Assembly (NCBI RefSeq): GCF_009914755.1
Contig: NC_060934.1
Direction: 5' to 3' (one strand)
Length of the DNA stretch: 64,000 bases
From: the human T2T-CHM13v2.0 reference genome, Homo sapiens
The first letter of the stretch is position 1, and each line of letters opens with the position of its first letter. Below are positions 58,301 through 64,000 of the stretch, in pieces. A program made the translations under genes and the position numbers. The notes below the pieces were generated by a model. That model was not told the origin of the DNA and searched no databases. It saw only the letters and a program-made list of their open reading frames with translations.

Positions 58301-59773
58301 GCAGATCTTCACAGTAACTGCTTGTTGGGAAGCTTAAGCAAATGGCCCTGGAGCCCCCAGAGCCCCCAGAGTCCCCTGCGGTGGCCATGCAGGCTGTGTG
58401 GCCATCCCTGTCTGCCCAGGCAGAGGGGGACAACCAGAGAGATGCCCATATGTTACTGCCTTGTCTTTCACCTTTCTGAGCCAGCTGAGAAATGGATAGC
58501 AGACCTCAAGATTTTAGCTTTATTAGGGTAAAAGCGAGATTGAAGGCAGGGGGTGGGGGGCCAGTGGCATGGCCATGGTGGCTTCCCAGTAATTCCCACA
58601 AGAATTACATTCGCCATCACTGTCCCCTCTGGCTAAGCTCTGGCCTCCCCAGCCAAGGCAGGGGCTGACCATCTCAGAAGAGATCAGGGCACCCCGAACC
58701 CTGGGGCAGGCAGGTCACCTGCAGGAGCCCTAACAGTGCTAAGCTGGGCATACCCCTCTCTTCCTCCCTTGTCGGTGGTCAGTGACTCATTCTCCCTTGT
58801 GGGTGTGAGAGTGGAGGAGGCCAGCACCTACATGGAAACCAGAGGCAGGGGCCACAGCATCTGCCCCCACCCACCACAGGTGGCTCTCAGAGCTTCAGCC
58901 AGACAGTGGACCCATGGAGCTCCTCCTGTCTACACAGCTCGGGCAACGCCAAAGGACCAAAGCAGAGTCTCCCTGAGGACTGCACTGAAGGAGGCGCCCG
59001 CCCCTCTGGAGGGAACAGGGATTCCCTTCCCCTGGTGGGACTGGCCATAAAGAAGCAGTTGGTAGGCAGGATCCGGGGCCTGTGTATGGCTGCGTGGTTG
59101 TGGTCCTCACTCTGGATCAGCCCCTATCAGCACAGGGCATCCTGAGGCAGGGGTTGGCCAAGTCCTCCTGTCAAGGGCCAGAGAGTAAATATGTTAGGCT
59201 TGGCAAAGCAGCCACAGCCAGTATGGAGAAAAAGGCATGGCTGCGTTCCAGTAAAGCTTCATTTGCAAAAGCAGGTGGTGGGCTGCGTGCGCCCACAGCC
59301 ACAGTTGGCCGGCCATGGGCTGGAGAGGCCCGTGCAGGTACGGTCTTCTCTGATGCGTCCTGTGATGCCTGCGTGGTACCTGGGGAGTGTTTGAGAGCGT
59401 CACATACCACCAGAACTCGGAAACGTAGTTTTCAGTTTTGTAAGCGAACGTTGTATATTACTCACCGGATGAAATTAAGTTTTCTCCTCCCAAATCGTGG
59501 GCCTAAAGCAATTCTCTGAGGATGCCCCACGTCACCTCAGGACACTCGTCCCTCCCCCAACCCGTGCTGAGACCCCCAGGGACTCAAGGGCCTCAGGGGA
59601 GGGGAAGTCCATGCTGAGACATAGCTGACACCCACCCATGCCAACAGCCTGCCCCTGGCACAGGCCCCTGCTTGGTGGGCACAGGACTCCTGTCAGTCAG
59701 GGCCTTGGCCTTGACCCCAAAGACCTCGTTGTCCAGATCCCTGACTGACAGTGGCTGCCCCCCTGTCTTCCAG
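52324..59773 (+). other. MGMT: MGMT intron 4 (7,450 bp, phase 0, GT-AG)
   Basis: gtgagt donor and cttccag acceptor join P138 to V139. Confidence 0.93.
59148..59320 (+). mobile_element. MER58A-like hAT element (internally deleted)
   Basis: caggggttggc..aagggccagagagtaaatatgttaggct..aaagcagccacag..catggctgcgttccagtaaagc..tttgcaaaagcaggtggtgggc. Confidence 0.75.
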
Positions 59774-59983
59774 GTCCCCATCCTCATCCCGTGCCACAGA
59801 GTGGTCTGCAGCAGCGGAGCCGTGGGCAACTACTCCGGAGGACTGGCCGTGAAGGAATGGCTTCTGGCCCATGAAGGCCACCGGTTGGGGAAGCCAGGCT
59901 TGGGAGGGAGCTCAGGTCTGGCAGGGGCCTGGCTCAAGGGAGCGGGAGCTACCTCGGGCTCCCCGCCTGCTGGCCGAAACTGA
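59774..59983 (+). CDS. MGMT: MGMT last coding exon (exon 5), residues V139-N207 plus stop; active-site PCHR motif with Cys145 at 59792-59794
   Basis: ccctgtcttccag|GTC CCC ATC encodes [69 protein letters not shown], then TGA. Confidence 0.97.
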   Translation, partial: VPILIPCHRVVCSSGAVGNYSGGLAVKEWLLAHEGHRLGKPGLGGSSGLAGAWLKGAGATSGSPPAGRN

Positions 59984-60062
59984 GTATGTGCAGTAGGATG
60001 GATGTTTGAGCGACACACACGTGTAACACTGCATCGGATGCGGGGCGTGGAGGCACCGCTGT

Positions 60063-60068
60063 ATTAAA
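60063..60068 (+). terminator. Proximal poly(A) signal ATTAAA (short MGMT 3' UTR)
   Basis: ATTAAA 80 nt after the stop codon, followed by GT/T-rich sequence (gcgtgtctgccctttctgtttcc). Confidence 0.7.
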
Positions 60069-63000
60069 GGAAGTGGCAGTGTCCTGGGAACAAGCGTGTC
60101 TGCCCTTTCTGTTTCCATATTTTACAGCAGGATGAGTTCAGACGCCCGCGGTCCTGCACACATTTGTTTCCTTCTCTAACGCTGCCCTTGCTCTATTTTT
60201 CATGTCCATTAAAACAGGCCAAGTGAGTGTGGAAGGCCTGGCTCATGTTGGGCCACAGCCCAGGATGGGGCAGTCTGGCACCCTCAGGCCACAGACGGCT
60301 GCCATAGCCGCTGTCCAGGGCCAGCTAAGGCCCATCCCAGGCCGTCCACACTAGAAAGCTGGCCCTGCCCCATCCCCACCATGCCTCCCTTCCTGGCTGT
60401 GTCCATGGCTGTGATGGCATTCTCCACTCAGCAGTTCCTAGCATCCCACACCCAGGTCTCACTGAAAGAAAGGGGAACAGGCCATGGCAGTCAGTGCTTA
60501 CAGAGGTTTTCTAGCTTTGTTTCCTACCTGCCAAAAAGGCTAATGCAAGATGCATCCACTTATGGTCTGTATCAGGTGAATAGAAAATAACCATTTGCCA
60601 AGATTTGGAAAGACAGAGAGCTCTCTGGACACGGGTTCGATGGAGCTTGCACCTCTCTGAGAGCTGAAGTCAAGTCTCACCCTCTCTCCATACTCCCTGG
60701 CCTAGTGTGCTCTGGGCAGCAGGTAGGAAGGGACAGGGACCTCTCATCTCAAGGGCTGCCCCAAAGGGCCCTCAGGGACCATGGGCCTGTTAGGACCCCA
60801 GCACCCCAGTGTCGATCCTGGAAGTCAAAGGTCACGACTGTGGGGGGCCAGCTCATGTCACTGATGGCAGCAGGCAGGGTTTCCAGCATGGGCGGTGCGC
60901 TGCTGTCTGATACTTCATTATTGTGTTGTCATCCTAGCTGTATAATTAACTATATCCAAAAGCCGGAAGGGAAACCTGTAGCTCTGCATATGGAGAAATA
61001 AAACAGAGCATATGATGTATAGAGAAAATGAACTGCACCCAGCTGTGCACTAGAGCGCCATGTTCTTACCCAGCATTCCTTGCCACGGTGTGAACCACAG
61101 CAGGGAAGCTCGCATGGTTCTACACGTCACCGAGGCCTGGATGAAAATGTGGCCTCACGATGTGTATGGTTGGGACCCGCCTTCTATTTCATTTTATCTT
61201 AACACCAACGAAAGAAAACCGATTTCAGACGTTTTTCGCTGATTTATGATTTATTATATCCCTTTCTGGCATCAGCCAAAATCTCGGTTTTTCCTATGAC
61301 ATGAAGTGATGTGACTCTTACCCCGTTGTCTTAACTCTTGGTATTTTTGAAGCAGGATAAGTCACACAGCGGGTCACGTAGACACGTGCTGTTTTGTGGG
61401 ACAGGCCCTGGGCCTCCTTGCTCCTGGCAGGCCTCAGGTGCCGCACGCCGCGTCACCGTCAGGACTCGCAGGCTGTCTGGTCATTTTTGACGTTGCTGAA
61501 GGTGAGTGGGAAAAGCTGGGTGCACTCTGCCCCAAAGGTGGTGCCCTGTGTCCCCCACAGATGATGGCCCTCCCCAGTGATGGCCGGTCACCAGGCACGG
61601 CTTTCCCCTCTGCATGAACAGAACAGAAGCTTCTGGCTCTCCAAGGCAGCAGCTTGGGGCCTGGTGGCCCGGGTGTGCGAGCCGCGAGTGCTTTCCAACA
61701 GAGGGCACCAGAGCCGTGCGGTGTGCTGTGGAGACCCCAGCACCACTTCCCCTGCTGGAGGATGGATTTGAAGGAGGGTGGCTGGGCGGCACCCCGATGG
61801 CTCCCTGTGCTCCCTGAGACCCTACAGGCCGCCCTCTGCAGCCACACCTGGACCGGCAGGCATGCACGCTGCAGGCAGGCTGCCTCCGCTGTTTGGGTCC
61901 CATGAACGACGGAAGCCTCCCAGTGAGATCTCCAGGTCTCTCATCAGGCACAGGCTCTGAGGGAGGGTCCTGGGGCCACATGACTGCAGCCAGCGAGGGC
62001 CGAGCCCCCAGAATCCAGGTCAGCTCCTGGTGGCAGGGGACCTGCCCGTCAAAGCCGTCCAAGGTGAGCCAGCAAATCCGTGTGGCCTGGGAGCACAGGT
62101 GGGCCTGCTCGGACCATGCCCTTGGTGCAGTACAAAACCATGTTCTGCTTCCTCTCCGAGGGTTTCCGCGGCCCTGTCAGAACAGGCTTGATAGATGCCC
62201 GGAGGTTCCCTCTGACAGCCGCAGCAGCAGGGCTCAAACCGGCGGGGCCGTGTACCGCTCCAAGGACAAGCTCTGCCGAGGCCGACATGAAAAGCCAGCA
62301 CGCGGGTCGCCTAGAGCCACTCTGCCTCCAAGCTGCAGCGCCGTTCGTGAAAATACAGAGGGAGAGGGAAGGCACAAAGAAATACAAAACTATTTTCCAA
62401 ATAAAAAGAAATGTCGAAACAAGAAAGCTGTGTTCTTCAGCCTTGGCCCTGGGTCCCCCTCACCCTGTCGCATTTCCCAGCACTGTGATGCTTTGAAGGC
62501 CGACACCGAGACCCGCCGCGCACGACAGCCACCTCGCAGCCACTCAGACCGGCGGACCACGCTCCCCTGTTTCCAGAGAGATGAGAGAGTCAGAAGTAAT
62601 ACTTGTTTTTGCAGAACCACACTTGTGGCAAAATAAGTTGCCTTTGGCCACGCAGGAGACTGAGTTTTGTGAGGGGTTGTCCTTCTCCCAGTCTCTCTTC
62701 CCGCTGGGAACAGAAGTGTCCAGTAAACCCACCTGCATTCCACGTGTCCTGTGGCCGCCTCCAGTGGTGAGTCTGTGAGGCCAGAGAAGAGAAGCTATGA
62801 CCGTGCAAACATGCATGTTATGGTGTTGGCTGATGCGGAATCAGGAAGCTTGGAGGAGCTCTTGCATGAGGAATTGCAGAACTTAGGGGCATGAATTTGC
62901 ACTTCCAGATGTGAAGGTTGCAGGCACCGGGCGTTGCAGAGGAAGTGGGCAAGCTCACCTTGTAGAGAACTTACTTGGGGTTTGTAATTTGTATACACTT

Positions 63001-63948
63001 CTTACCCAGCAGAAACAGCTTACTGAACACCCCTCGGGTGGCTGGATGATGTGCTAGCAACTGAAACCATCTCTGCGACTTAAGCTTCTCTGGTGCGTCG
63101 CGCCCCACGTGCTTCTCCAGAATCCCGTTTGGAGGGGCCAAGCAAGTCCAATATAGATAGGTTTATACTGAAGCCATCAGTTTTGTTTCTTACATCGTTT
63201 GTAAACAGCAGTATTATCCTGGAACTTGTTTCCTACAGAACTGTAAGATAAGGATAAAATCCCATCCACCTGAATTGCTGAGAAACGTAAGAGGTGGTGT
63301 GACCCGCTGGAGCCCTGTGGAGTGGCGGACTCTGGGGAGTAGCTGGTCAGTGAGATTCTCGCAGCAATGTGAGGCATCCTCCTCACAGAAATGCATTTAC
63401 GGATGTTGCTGTATCCCCTGACCTGGCCTACAAGGACAGAACAGCCCTGGGGGCCACGTCCCCTCCCCGTCTCATCTGCCGCTTGCTCACCTTGGCTGTC
63501 CATGCACCCGTAGCTGTGACCATGGGCGGTGGCGCCAGCTCGGACTTCACCCCGTTGGAGCGGGCAGGATGTCACACTGAGCTAATGTGAGATTGTTCAT
63601 GAAGCTACAGATCTTAGTGCTACTTGGGCTTCTCACAGCACAGAGGAGGATTCTGAAGTGAGAGATAAATTGGCTTCATGTATGAGCAAGGGGGAAAGTG
63701 TTTTATTTTACTAGGAAGATTTTACTGAAAGACCAATCCCGAAACGGCCCTTGCTTCGGCCACAGCTGCTGGGATGTCCTCGGGCCTCCCCTGTTTGTCT
63801 GCATGTCTTCTTGTTGCCATCGGGGCAGTGGGGTCCCCGGAAACAGTCCAAGGCCCTGGGGTGGGGGATTTAAATTTTTTGGCTTCCCTCAGACCTCAGA
63901 CCGTGTGGGTTTTTTTTTCTTTCTTTCTTTCCTGTTCATGGGCATTTG

Positions 63949-63954
63949 ATTAAA
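63949..63954 (+). terminator. Candidate distal poly(A) signal ATTAAA (about 4-kb 3' UTR isoform)
   Basis: ATTAAA with a long upstream T-rich tract (63910-63930) and downstream gtttgtgttt. Confidence 0.45.
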
Positions 63955-64000
63955 AGTTTGTGTTTAAAGAGCTGAACTTCACATCAGTTTTACTTATCAG

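Noticed and set aside
61893-62636. 247-aa ORF downstream of MGMT
   Set aside because: No recognisable domain, non-ATG listed start, GC-rich context with overlapping ORFs on both strands; most likely chance.

Overview
Human (primate) genomic DNA covering the 3' half of MGMT (O6-methylguanine-DNA methyltransferase) on the + strand. It holds three coding exons: 919-1067, 52184-52323 and 59774-59983 (residues ~42-207, including the PCHR active site). These are separated by a 51.1-kb and a 7.45-kb intron and followed by a 3' region with several candidate poly(A) signals. The rest is interspersed repeats (Alu, old and young L1, L2, MIR, MaLR LTRs, MER/MADE DNA elements), two structured minisatellites and AT-rich non-repeat blocks that look like developmental enhancers. 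Nearly all ORFs in the supplied track are spurious. The most interesting structure is a full-length antisense L1PA2-like element (25528-31568) nested inside an older twin-primed L1. Its antisense promoter and ORF0 point toward MGMT exon 4, and the ORF0 splice donor is in frame with that exon. This predicts a promoter-independent ORF0-MGMT(92-207) chimera and possible 'gene breaking' near the MGMT domain boundary. It is a hypothesis from sequence alone, not a demonstrated system. Repeat subfamily calls are by eye and need RepeatMasker/Dfam confirmation.
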